Shown here: positions 39,305 through 50,660 of the stretch, piece by piece
How the letters are laid out: the number at the start of each line of letters is the position of its first letter
Numbering within the stretch: position 1 is the first letter of the stretch
Notes under the pieces: model-generated
Told to the model about the DNA's origin: nothing
The model's input: only the letters and a program-made list of their open reading frames with translations
The model's database searches: none
Assembly (NCBI GenBank): GCA_040954595.2
Contig: CM082577.2
Coordinates: forward strand, 2,604,001-2,668,000
Length of the DNA: 64,000 bases
DNA from: Balanoglossus misakiensis
Taxonomy: Eukaryota; Animalia; Hemichordata
Direction of reading: 5' to 3'
Translations under genes and position numbers: made by a program

Positions 39305-42300
39305 ATGGGCCTGGAGCCGGTAAACTCTGTAGTCTTTGCTCTCTTGTTTCTGGCAGCCACTTCTTCAGCCGATAGCGTGAGCAGCGACGATGTAGGTAAG
39401 CACAGATTCGTGTACATTGTGAGTACATGAATAATGTCATATCACAGAGGTATCTATTACGTACAACTTCAAGGTCACTGGCCCTTTCAACCTTGGGCAC
39501 TAGCGTCTACGACTGCGATCTTTTAAAAAATACGACACATTTATTCGAAACAGTAAGAATGTTCGTGTTTGAAAGCATCCAGAGACTAATTTGGGATTTA
39601 TTTTCCGCGCGATACCATAAAAGGGTTGATGAAATTTTCAGTCGCGTTTGAGGTACATATGCTTGGTCTCCATACCCAGTGTGTTTTAGATAGACTCACA
39701 CACACACACACACTGGGTATGGAGACCAGGCTAAGGCGCATACAACTTGAAGCTCACATAAGCGCCTGTGATGAGATGAACGTCAACTACAAGAGTGGAC
39801 CCACAAACATTTCCAAAATCCCGCCCGTAACATGCACAATAATCATAATACATATCATCTGGAGCTGCCACATATCTGTGAAGCCGTGAACTTGAATTAA
39901 AGTCTATCGAGGGACTGCCGCGGATCCACAGCCCTACCACTCCCTCGACCGTTTGTGTTTGAGAGTCGGACCATGGAGTAGCTGCATGGTCAGACACAAA
40001 CACAAAGAACCGATCGGGAGGGGCATATGTAGGGTCACTGATCCGCAAAGGAATAACTACAGTAAACACGACCGTGGCCATTGCTGCATGGATGTTAAGC
40101 AGCGGAATCCACTGTTGCCATTTCTGTATTGGGAAATATGCACATTTTCAGGAAAAAAAACGGTTCATTCAGAGCGTCCAAAACTGGGTAGTTCTTCACT
40201 CTGCTTGACAAAATAAAATTAATTTAACACGATTGGAACTATTTTGGGATAATTGCATGTGAATGAATTGACAGTACGCGTACTACGTACCCGCTGTTTT
40301 GTCATATTGTTTCTTTTAACAATAGTAGAATTTCTATATTCTTCCAGTGCAACAAATGATCATCATTCTTGTTCACAATTTAATGGTATTCAATTATCCC
40401 AAAATAGTTCCAACTGTGTTCAATTCTCATTTAATAGTGATTTACGGTTTTCAAGTAGGCCTAGCTATGGATTTTTCTGCCCAAGAAACAGTATCCGTGG
40501 CGTCTGCCGCACATTGTAGTTTTGACCTTTGTTTCAAGAGTGACACCAGCCTGGCGTAAAACGCCTTCCAGGCTTCATATTGTGCACACGAAACGGTTTG
40601 CAAACAACAAAAAACGTCTAAGCCAATATTTGTTCCAATTTCGCTCACACTCGTGTCTCGCTTCTTGTGTCTCATACTCAAAGTCAAACACACTGTGTGC
40701 ATGTAACAATGTTGGCAAAAAACTCAGACTGGAGGACGGAGAAGGGGTGGGGGTGGGGAGACAAGATGACTGAAGGAGACGATTTTACTTATGTTTTATT
40801 GTATGTACTGAAAGCGACGTTCATTCTCTGTCGGACTCAGGTTATTTTTGGCACGTTGCCGATTTCCACTACAACGACAAGTACTCGACAGAGGGCGTCG
40901 CCTCCTACTACTGCCACTACTGGAACGAAAGCGCCGCTCAAGAGCTCGGTTACTATGGCGACTACGAGTGCGGTTCTCCGCTGAGCCTGGTCATAGCAGC
41001 CGTGCAGGGCATGAAGGACCTCAAAGATGACGTCGATTTCATCATCTGGACAGGGTAGGTCGATATATTGGTCAATTGTTCTAACAAGCGTTGCAGTAGG
41101 ACACGCTTCTATGTGAAAAAATGAGATTGACCATAAAAACAGGTCCTTTTAATTCATTTCGACATGTGTCATGTCCAAGTGATGCTTGATGATCTTTGTT
41201 ATGCAAATTAGCGTATCACCCAGACTTCAAACAAGTTGGATTGGCTCAACATTGGGGGAGTAGCCTTTTTTATTAGACTCATGAGTCGTGTGCGGGTGCT
41301 CCGCCGCATTGCCTGGTAAAGGGTCTTAGGAAGTGAGCAGAAGCGCCCGCACAGGACTTATGAATCGTTCAGTCTACCGGTTGTGTTTGCCGGCTGTGAT
41401 CTACACCCTTTGCAGTGCAGTTCTTCTTGTTCAGCTGATCTTTCTAGGCTTAGATCCCGGTATATAGAGATTTCTAGCAAAAACGGCCTCATAATCGTCT
41501 TCTCATATTTTTTCTCAGTGATGATGCACCTCACATTCCCGACTCCATGATTGGCGAGGAGCTGATGACAGAAATCATAGAGAACCTGACGACTATCATC
41601 AAGAACGAATTCCCGACCACCCAGGTGTATCCAGCGATCGCCAACCACGACTACGACCCCAGCAATCAGCTGCCGCCTCACAACACTCCCCAGTACGATG
41701 CTATTGCCGCTGCCTGGAGCTCCTGGTTGGCGGGCGAGCCTGCGGCCGTCGACACACTGAAGACAGGTCAGTTGTCACCAGTCAGTCAGTCAGTCAGGTG
41801 TAAGTCACTGATTGATTGGGTAAATGGGTTGGTGTGTGTGAGCGTGAATGAATGAGCGAGTGGTTGAGTACGATATTCTTCGCAGGCGAACGTAACCTAG
41901 TGGTGCAGTGTCGTTTTGAAAAAAGACCCTACTAGATTTAACCTATAATGTACCTCCTTCACGCCACAGCCGGCTATTACACGCTGAAAATGGAGAACGG
42001 AATTCGTCTCATCGTTCCGAACAACAACTTGTACTACACGTACAATAAAGTGACCGAGGGCATGGACGATCCCGCTGGCCAATTTATGTGGATGAAGGAA
42101 ACGCTGGAAGCTGCCAAAACTGCCGACGAAAAGGTTTGTGGGATGACGGAGCACTGAGAAAACTTTTATGAACGCAGTGTCACATTTGCATATAGACAGC
42201 TTTAAATATAAAATGTCAAAACTGTACTTTTAATATTTTTTCAAGTCAAGCATGCACAGTCGTGAAACTTTCTGTTTGGCACACTTAATACTGTAAAAAA

Positions 42301-42662
42301 TTTCATCTACATGTACATCTCAAATCTTTACTGCAATATAGGCGTAAATACATGTACTTTCGATGATCGATTTCCCCCTTTTTTCACTGTACTAAAGGTT
42401 TGGGTGGTTGCACATATTCCCCCGGGCCACCCCGAGAAATCTCATTCTCCACCGTGGTTCTATCCAGAACACAACTCGAAGTACATTGAAATAATGGAGG
42501 ACTACGCTGATATCATTGTCGGCCAATTCTACGCCCATCACCACAGTGACCACTTTAAAATTTATTACAATGAAGACGGTGAGTTTTATCTTCTTCGTTC
42601 TTGATTTTAAAGAACGTGCTCTCTCTCTCTCTTTGTCTTTTCTCTCTCCCCCCTCTCTCTCT

Positions 42663-42695
<33 letters not shown>

Positions 42696-43353
42696 CTCCC
42701 TCTTCTCTCTCTACGTCACTCGAGTGAGTTCTTTTATAGCGGAAATTATCGGAAGGCCAATATTGCCTTGAATATTGACTGGTAAACTCCGGGAAAATCG
42801 TGTAAAAATCTGTCTCTATTTCATTTTGTCCACTGCAGGGGAGCCTATTAATTCGTTGCTGCTGGCTCCCGCCGTCGTTCCGTGGCGAAACCCTTACGTT
42901 TACAGACCCGAATTCGGCGCCAATAACCCCGCCATCAGACTGGTCAAATTTCAGCGCTCCACCGGAAAGTTGCTGGACATCGTCCAGTACATGATGAACT
43001 TGACGGAGGCCAACGAGAACGGCCGGGTCGAGTGGGCGACAGAATACGTCGCCACCGACGCTTACGGCATCGACGACGTCACGACCGAATCACTCCACAA
43101 ACTGGTGGAGTCGATGCGACCCGACGGGAGCGAGTATTTTCGTAAATACAACTTGTACAATTCCGTCAGTTACGACACCTCTCCTTGCGACGCCGTCTGC
43201 AAGACGACGCACATCTGTGCCATCACCACTCTGAAAGTGAACGAGTTCGACGCCTGCATGGAGGGCGTGTCTTCAGGCGATCGTCTAGCTGTGTCTACGT
43301 TAACCTCTCTGCTCCTGACAATTGCTATCTTGGCCGCTTTTCAGCTCAATTAG
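39305..43353 (+). CDS. SMPDL3: Acid sphingomyelinase-like phosphodiesterase 3 (SMPDL3B-like, probable GPI signal); exons 39305-39395, 40841-41054, 41519-41766, 41970-42133, 42398-42578, 42839-43353; ~470 aa
   Basis: Signal peptide; metallophosphoesterase motifs FWHVADFH, FIIWTGDDAPH, PAIANHDY, VVAHIPPG, QFYAHHHSD, NNPAIRL; hydrophobic C-terminus. Exon phases are consistent. Confidence 0.9.
42617..42711. repeat. (CT)n-rich intronic microsatellite
   Basis: Direct repeat. Confidence 0.85.
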
Positions 43354-44070
43354 ATGTAATGTGATTAAAATCAAATGTGGCGTTGGGCGCCGTCACGCGT
43401 CTTTACCTTCGCTGATTTTTGGCTGTTCTGTTCGGAAGGGTACGGACAGACTGAATGTTTTTAGTTATGTTGGTATGTATTTTTATGAAAAAGTAATATT
43501 GGATGCAGTATCTCATGTGTATATGTTTGAAAGATACTAGCTCCAGTGCTGGAATTATCTAAAGACATTCAGTTTTACAATTACTGCCTGTAGTCTAATA
43601 AATACGGTAACAAATTCGAATTTTGACTGTCAATCCCAAAAGAGTGTTTATAACGAGATTTTACCAGTGCCTTGGTGGCGGATTCAGACTGCCCCCAACG
43701 TCAACATATAAAATACCAATACTTCGGCCTATGACCAGACCAGACGACCCGATGAGGGATCGGCTCAGCTTCATGCATTGCTGAGATGCCAATCTGACGT
43801 CTTCAATATACTGAAAGTAACGCGGGGCCCAAGTTGAGAAAACTGCTATCACGCACAGCAAGATAAAACAATAGCCAAAGTCCGCTAAAATCGACATGCT
43901 ATAAGGTTAGTATTCCAGTGGGATGAAGTTTTGAACCATGTTGATAGCACGAAATTCAGCAACTTCGATTTATACTTCTCTGCCTTGGCCAAAAAGGCGA
44001 GACAGAAACAAGGCTATCATTTCAACTACACAGTGAATTTATTTTCAACTGTTCTCAGACTTTTGCAGCC

Positions 44071-45423
44071 ATGGAGGAGGCCGATATTTCGGAGAAGCTG
44101 TTCCTTCCAAGGTTCCACAGTTACATGAAAAGGACTTATCAGATGTGGGACATGTTACCGGAGGAGTTCCAGCAGGGCGCTCTGAATGCGATATACCAGG
44201 CGATTGAGAAAGACTTCGGTGACCTCCTAGCTGCTATCCTCGACGCTGGATTCTCGCCTAACATTACTTTCGACATCGACGAATCCTCGAATGAGTTTGT
44301 CATGGATCGGGAGAATCCTCCACCAAACGTGCTGACCATGTCTGCTCTCAAAGTAGCCGTGAAAAACGACAGCTCCTCGTGCGTGAAGATACTGGTTGCT
44401 GCCGGTGCCCGTATCCGTCCCTCTGAGTGTATACTGTTCACTGCGTACGAGAACGCTGATTTTCACACTCTGGCGCTGTTGCTGGAAAGCGGTGCTGATC
44501 CCGACGAGCGCAGCAAGATTGGCACGCCGCTGCTGTGTGCGTGCTCAGGAAATCACGACAGCGAGGTTTTGGAACTTCTCCTCGCCCACGGCGCCTCGGT
44601 GCACGCCGCCGACATCGCTACCCTGCGCCCGCCTCTGCACTACGCGGTGTCCGGAAACCGGCAGGGGAGGCTGTACCGCTGCGCCTTGCTACTGCTCGAT
44701 CACGGAGCCAACCCGAACTCCCGGAACAGACAAGACGAGACTCCGGCCTTCGTGGCGGCGGCCTTCAGCGCCGAGACCACGGAGTTGATCCTCAGCCACG
44801 GCGGCAAAATAAACACCACGAACGCCTCCAACAGCACGGCTCTGCATCACGCGTTTGCGGCGACTGGCCAAGTGGAGTTGGAGAGCGTGAGACTTCTGGT
44901 CGACCTCTTGCCAGACCTGAACGCGGTCGATGCAACCGGGCACACCGTGCTGGACTTGGCACTCGAACACTACTCCTCACACCGTCACCGTTGGGACGAC
45001 GGGCCCGACTTCCCCACTGCCAACGTCAGACTGCTCATCAACCACAACGCAAAGACCCGGAGCTTTTCCACCTCGGACATGGTCATGCTGGCATCGGTGA
45101 ACCCCCACCAGATTGAACTGATAGGGTTGATTCTCAACAGCACCAGCAACTGTAACGTTATCACCAGTCTGGTTGCGGCCGTTTCTGATCACATACGTGA
45201 GAAACACACCGTGGAAGATGCTGGAGACGATCACGACAGATATTCTGAGTTTTACGACAGGTTTTATGCAGCTGCCAACAGGCCACGTTCGTTGAAACAC
45301 CTATGCAGGTGCGCCATGAGAGAACACGTCGGGAAACAGTTTGCAAATGTAGTGCCCTCCCTGCACATCCCGAAATCAGTCATCAGCTACCTTCTGCTGG
45401 ATGACCCGTGTGACCTCAAATAA
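44071..45423 (+). CDS. Ankyrin repeat and SOCS box protein (ASB family), intronless CDS, 450 aa
   Basis: Multiple ankyrin repeats (GTPLLCAC...LLLAHGA, PPLHYAV...LLLDHGANPN, STALHHA) and a C-terminal SOCS box PRSLKHLCRCAMR...LHIPKSVISYLL. Confidence 0.92.
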   Translation: MEEADISEKLFLPRFHSYMKRTYQMWDMLPEEFQQGALNAIYQAIEKDFGDLLAAILDAGFSPNITFDIDESSNEFVMDRENPPPNVLTMSALKVAVKNDSSSCVKILVAAGARIRPSECILFTAYENADFHTLALLLESGADPDERSKIGTPLLCACSGNHDSEVLELLLAHGASVHAADIATLRPPLHYAVSGNRQGRLYRCALLLLDHGANPNSRNRQDETPAFVAAAFSAETTELILSHGGKINTTNASNSTALHHAFAATGQVELESVRLLVDLLPDLNAVDATGHTVLDLALEHYSSHRHRWDDGPDFPTANVRLLINHNAKTRSFSTSDMVMLASVNPHQIELIGLILNSTSNCNVITSLVAAVSDHIREKHTVEDAGDDHDRYSEFYDRFYAAANRPRSLKHLCRCAMREHVGKQFANVVPSLHIPKSVISYLLLDDPCDLK

Positions 45424-46364
45424 CTGACCAGGGAAGTTATGTAAAAGTACAATTTATATAGACTTGCCTTATTAAATTATATGGGCTTCATTATTTTATA
45501 ATAAATACATTTCAGAAAAAAAAATTCCAGAGTTATCGCGGGCGCATTCATCATGTGTTTTCATATTTACAGAAACTGTTATTTACAACGTCTGCAATGT
45601 GATTAAAAAAATAAGAAATTGGTTGTGTCGGAGCACACAGCAGAAATAGACACTGTTTGTACACTGTGGAAGATTCTGGGGAGTTTCTATGACGACTGAC
45701 GACTATTATTACACAGCACTGCGCCGTGAAGTTGTACAGTGTGTTATATGTGCAGGCTGCGAAATGAACAACAGGCCGTTGAAGTAAGTGCCCGGATGCA
45801 GACTCACCAGTACAAAAACGCCATTTGGTGTTAGAAACATCTTTTTGCACAGCCTAAACTCCCAGTGGGTTCAGAGGTTAAATTCTGTCAGCACATCAGC
45901 AAATTTGAACGTGTTAGACTGTGCTCTGATTGGAAGCTACGCACTGCGCGCCTTTTTGGGCCTTATTTTATTGTAAGGGACGATTCGTCGTTTAATGGGT
46001 AGGGCATGTCATGTGTTCATGGATGTTATTCTAGGAGACAGAGAAGGGCAGAAGGGTGTCAGCTGCAGGCTCGGGCAAAATGTTTTATTTGTGACTTGGC
46101 GTTTAATATCATGTTTGTGTAATCTACAGATATAAGTCTAATATTTTGTAAGCAAATAGCTTGACAATTCAAGAACCCAGAACTTGGAAACAGCCTCAGC
46201 CCACGATTGTAGCGGATGTTTATTAAAGAGAGTAGCGCTTCCCCTCACAGTATTTAAGTGGAGCACTGCCCTTGTACTTAATACCGCCACCAACCGTTCG
46301 TTTTCTGCATCAAAGGACATCATACAACATAAACCGAACCCAACGAACAACATCGCAAACAAAG

Positions 46365-46751
46365 ATGTCTGGACGAGGAAAAACAAGAAGCAAGCCGAGA
46401 TCGCGCTCGAAGCGTGCCGGCCTGCAGTTCCCCGTGTCTCGCATGCATCGCTTCCTCCGCAAGGGAAATTATGCGAAGCGCATCAGCTCCGGTGCCCCGG
46501 TGTACATCGCGGCGGTGATCGAGTACCTGACGGCTGAGGTGCTCGAGCTCTCCGGCAACGCTGCTCACGACAACAAGCGATCCAGGATCATCCCCCGTCA
46601 CTTGCAGTTGGCCATCCGCAACGACGAGGAACTGAGCAAGTTGATGTTCGGCGTGACCATCGCACAGGGCGGTGTTTTGCCGCACATCCATCCGGTGCTT
46701 CTGCCGAAAAGCCGACAGGCCAAGAGCCCGAGCAAAGGCAAAGCGAAGTAA
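46365..46751 (+). CDS. H2A: Histone H2A, divergent, replication-dependent-type, solitary (128 aa)
   Basis: MSGRGK...RAGLQFPV...[20 protein letters not shown]...[17 protein letters not shown]...[10 protein letters not shown]; intronless; TATA-like TATTTAA at 46251. Confidence 0.95.
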   Translation: MSGRGKTRSKPRSRSKRAGLQFPVSRMHRFLRKGNYAKRISSGAPVYIAAVIEYLTAEVLELSGNAAHDNKRSRIIPRHLQLAIRNDEELSKLMFGVTIAQGGVLPHIHPVLLPKSRQAKSPSKGKAK

Positions 46752-46787
46752 AACACGTATGCTAATTTGGCGTACAAAAACAACATC

Positions 46788-46803
46788 GGCCCTTTTCAGG
46801 GCC
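46788..46803 (+). promoter_or_regulatory. Histone mRNA 3' stem-loop with downstream purine-rich U7/HDE-like element
   Basis: GGCCCT-TTTC-AGGGCC followed by CCACA and AAAAAGAGAA. Confidence 0.9.
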
Positions 46804-47870
46804 CCACATCCTCCAAAAAGAGAACTACCGTTACCTAAAAGATTACTTGCATGCTCGTGCATGTTTCCATAAAATGATTACTATTACTGTAAGACACTGC
46901 ATTTATTTTGTTTTGCATAAATTAAACGATAACATGGGTGACGCCGCTCCATTGCACGTCAGACCTCGAGCTAAATTCGTTTCCGGAAGAAAAAAACAAC
47001 AACGGGGCCCTCTATTTTACATCTCCCCGAGGTGCGTTCGCAATAAAGCTTACTTTTATATTTAGGTCAGGATCAGCCTCATCTAGCGCACAGGACGTAC
47101 GAGCATTAAAGTGTTCCCTTTCCTTATTTTTATCCGTAACGCTTCTGTGGTCACCCACGAATATCCGAATTGGTAATTTAAGTGGTTTCATTTTCCATCA
47201 AATTTCCATGATATTCAAATTGCCGATGGCATATCGCCCATACGCACGCCTCCCAAAACTAAACATGAAAGCACTCGAAGTAAAGCAAAATATTTGGGTC
47301 TATATATTTGACGCACCTCGTGTATGAGCTCGTACGAAACGTCATTAGTCGCATTATTTCCAAATATTCCAAGTAACTGATTTGTCTTTGGGGTTACAGA
47401 CATTGTGAACTGGAATTGACCGTTCACATACATACTTTCAGTCGACTTGTGTTCTGTGTGTGAATCCTTTTGAAGTGAGGGCTCCCGCCAATCGTGTCAT
47501 GGCATGTATGTGAAGACGATTGGTCAGCCTGACAAAGCCTGCAGAACACAACTTCAATGAGACGAGATTGATTCAGCCTAGGCGAAGCTGGCTTTCATGT
47601 TATGATGACAATGTTACACACAATTCCACATAATATTAAACAATAAAGGAATAATAACGTTCGAATTTAAAAATAATTACATTAAAATTTGTATTGTATT
47701 TCTGGTTAGCCAGCAATGCGATGGTATATGTCCGTTGCCCTTCTATCATCATTCAAGTTGATTGTCGGGTGTGTTCCAAATAATGATTTTTATTATGGAT
47801 GCTGACTCTTTGGCGGTACTTTTGTATAGGTGAACTAACAATTTCGAAATAATGCATATATTTGGTATTA

Positions 47871-48180
47871 TATTATACCAGTATATTGATGGTGTAAATC
47901 ACGCTATTTGATTGGTCGAGACACGACACGTGACCGTGATATATTAGCCATATACCACAGTCATATATCATAGTCAAAGAAAATGCCTTTTTAAAATGTT
48001 TTATGCAAAGTTTCAATATACTGGCATAATATAATAGCAATAAAACACCCCCAGCCATGGTATACCACTCGATTTTGACCAGTTCAACTCCATATACGCA
48101 CTCGCTATCGCTCGTGCGTATATGTCGTGAACTGGTCAAAATCTCGTGGTATACCATGGCTGGGGGTGTTTTATTGCTTA
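47871..48180. mobile_element. Non-autonomous repeat with two inverted-repeat pairs (Crypton-like derivative, tentative)
   Basis: TTATACCAGTATATTGA (~47873) pairs with TCAATATACTGGCATAA (~48013). This is followed by a ~143-bp near-perfect hairpin at 48036-48178 (AGCAATAAAACACCCCCAGCCATGGTATACCAC...GTGGTATACCATGGCTGGGGGTGTTTTATTGCT). Confidence 0.6.
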
Positions 48181-48738
48181 AATACAAACCCTCACACAGA
48201 ATACGTTTTAAAAAGAAAATCATTTCAACAAAGTTTTACAGCCTCTTCTTTCTGTGACTCAGTCGTGGCAATCTGTTTCCAAGAAAACTCTGGTTGAAAT
48301 ACAGGTATTAGGCCTATGTGAATCAAGTAATCGTCAATGACAAAATCCTCGCTGTGGACGAATACGAAACGAGTCACGGCTTGTCTGCAAAAAGCGCTCA
48401 TAAAATGTTAACCTGGTACTATTCCCTATATTGGATCACACGGCAAAACAATCACAGCACATGCGTGTCTTAACGTTCTCCTTTTGCCATACTGAGGTAT
48501 GTCATAGTTGCCGAGTACCTGACAACCTTCAATCTTCTCTGACCCCAATCCTTTACAATAAAACCCATTCGTTGATGTATGGCCAATATTACAAGTATTA
48601 AACCATCACACATACATAATGTGTGTAATACAAAAATCGGCATCGCTCAATTAAATATTTACTGTAGTGCGGCAAGAAACTTTATTGCCAATTCAAGGCT
48701 ACGTTAAGGTCATTTATGAGTAAATTATGACCCCCATT

Positions 48739-48800
48739 TAGTCTAGAATCCAGACTCGTGGACAAGGCGAGAAAAAAACACTAGTCTGGATTCTAGACTA
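48739..48800. repeat. Short TAGTCT...AGACTA palindromic MITE-like element
   Basis: TAGTCTAGAATCCAGACT...AGTCTGGATTCTAGACTA. Confidence 0.65.
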
Positions 48801-48938
48801 TAATGAGTCAGCAAACACGGCAATATATCAAGCAGCTTCAGTCTTTATAAGTTATCTTTAAAATATATATGCGCGCTTGATAAGGATATGCTAGTGCACG
48901 CATGCACGTAATCTAAGTTTTTGTTGCCAAAGAAACGG

Positions 48939-50051
48939 TTATTTCTTCGTGTGAATATTCTCTGGGTTTGCCCTGTAGAAATACTCCACCCAGGCCCCGT
49001 CAAATAGATCTATGTCATCGTTTCCGCAGAGATGACCAGCCAAAATCAGACAACACGCGGACACCCCAGAACCACAGGTAGCCGTCAGGGGTTTCTCCAA
49101 GTCAACTTTCTTTTCCCGGAAGATGGCGGCCAGTTCTTCGACTGGCTTGACTTCCCTGGTGTCCTTGTTAAGTATAGTTGGGAAGGGGATGTTGATGGAG
49201 CCGGGAATGTGTCCCGACTTGCAGTCTGAAACAAAATGAAAAATACATACAGCTTATAGTTTGCATGCATGTCAGATCAAGACGGCGAAGACGCTAGGTG
49301 TGTATAGCCACTCTTGCTGACAAGAGTGGTCACGCTCACTTATGATGACATCCGAAACAACTGAAACATGTGACTAGCCTCTCAAACACGAAAGTTGACA
49401 CGTTGAACAGGATTAATACAGACAAAATATAGCCACCAAGTTACAGCCAATGTCACTTAGCGACTTACCTGGTCTTGGTTCCGGGTCCACCCCGTCGAAT
49501 CTACCAGCAGGTCGTGCGTCGACGACCTGAAACTGCGGATCAGCGATGTTGTTGTCGATTTCTTCGAAGCTTTTCACGGAGCAAGGGTCAAAGGAGGCGC
49601 TAAACGTGCCCCGCTCGACTTTCGGTGCCTGATCCGTCACAGGGTAGCCAGCCTCGAGCCATTTGGGCAGACCGCCGTTCAGGAGAGACACCGCCGGGTG
49701 GCCGAACGTGCGGAACATCCACCAAACCCGCGGGGCCGAGAAGAGGCCGAACTTGTCGTTGTTGTCGTACACCACGACGTGGCAATCGTTCGAAACTCCA
49801 AGATCTCCCACATACTCCGCAAAAGTCTCCAAGCTCGGCAGCATGTGCGGGTAAGGCGAGGTCTTGTCCGAGCACTTGTCGATGTCGAAAAACGAAGCAC
49901 CCACGATGTGTTGCTTCCTGTACTCCTCGGCTGCGTTTCTGTTTGTGTTCGGCAGATGCCAAGAGGCGTCAAGGACGCGGACGTTTCCAAGGCCCGATTT
50001 CAGTCTCTCGGCAAGCCATTTGACGCTAACAAGTGTAGACACCCTGTTCAT
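48939..50051 (-). CDS. MPST: 3-mercaptopyruvate sulfurtransferase (tandem rhodanese); exons 49469-50051, 48939-49225; ~289 aa
   Basis: LVSVKWL, VLDASWHLP, HIVGASFFDID, APRVWWMFRTFGH, VDARPAGRF, SGHIPGSINIPF. Active-site loop TCGSGVSAC is MPST-type rather than the CRKGVT rhodanese type. C-terminal FDGAWVEY. Confidence 0.92.
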
Positions 50052-50375
50052 ACTTGCAAGTGTATATCACAGCCGATGTATGCCCTGTTTTTACCCAGAC
50101 AGCAGAACTGTGTCGACTGACTGCCCTGTATGTAGCGCACTTGCGGTTTATGAACCTTGGGGTTGAATCAGGTGACCGTTTGACCTTTAACCCCACTGAA
50201 AGCGGAACCGCAAACTGAACGTAGCCATTTTGGATTCGTGTTGACTGACCAGAGTCCGCGAGTCTCTTGGAATATCGGTTGATATTTTCACCGCGTCGCT
50301 TTGGTGGGTAATTTGTTTCAATCACTTAGAGAGGTAAGTAGTTACAAATGATTTATACATTGTAAGATCTTGGTA

Positions 50376-50424
50376 TGACGTCAGTTTTTAATCGTAAATA
50401 CTTGGTAAAAACTGACCCGGAAGT
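50376..50424. promoter_or_regulatory. Candidate bidirectional promoter elements (CRE TGACGTCA, ETS CCGGAAGT) between MPST and ARPC1
   Basis: TGACGTCA at 50376-50383 and CCGGAAGT at 50417-50424 lie in the ~610-bp gap between the divergent ATGs. Confidence 0.45.
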
Positions 50425-50660
50425 ATGTCGGACACGCCCATTCATCACAGGCAGTCGTACATCATACATGTTGCTGGAAAGTAACTTTTCTTTCTCTGCT
50501 CTCTCAGATTGTTCGATTCTGCGCAACCCGACATTCTGATTCAACTTTCTGGCACAGGCGTCCATTACTCAACACCAAATCTCATTGTGAAATGTTTCTA
50601 TAAATCATGAGCTGACCGAACTCTTTTTTTTTTTCACTCTCTATACAGAAGAAATCAAAA

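Noticed and set aside
46320-46862. 180-aa ORF antisense to H2A
   Set aside because: Shadow ORF of the histone CDS.
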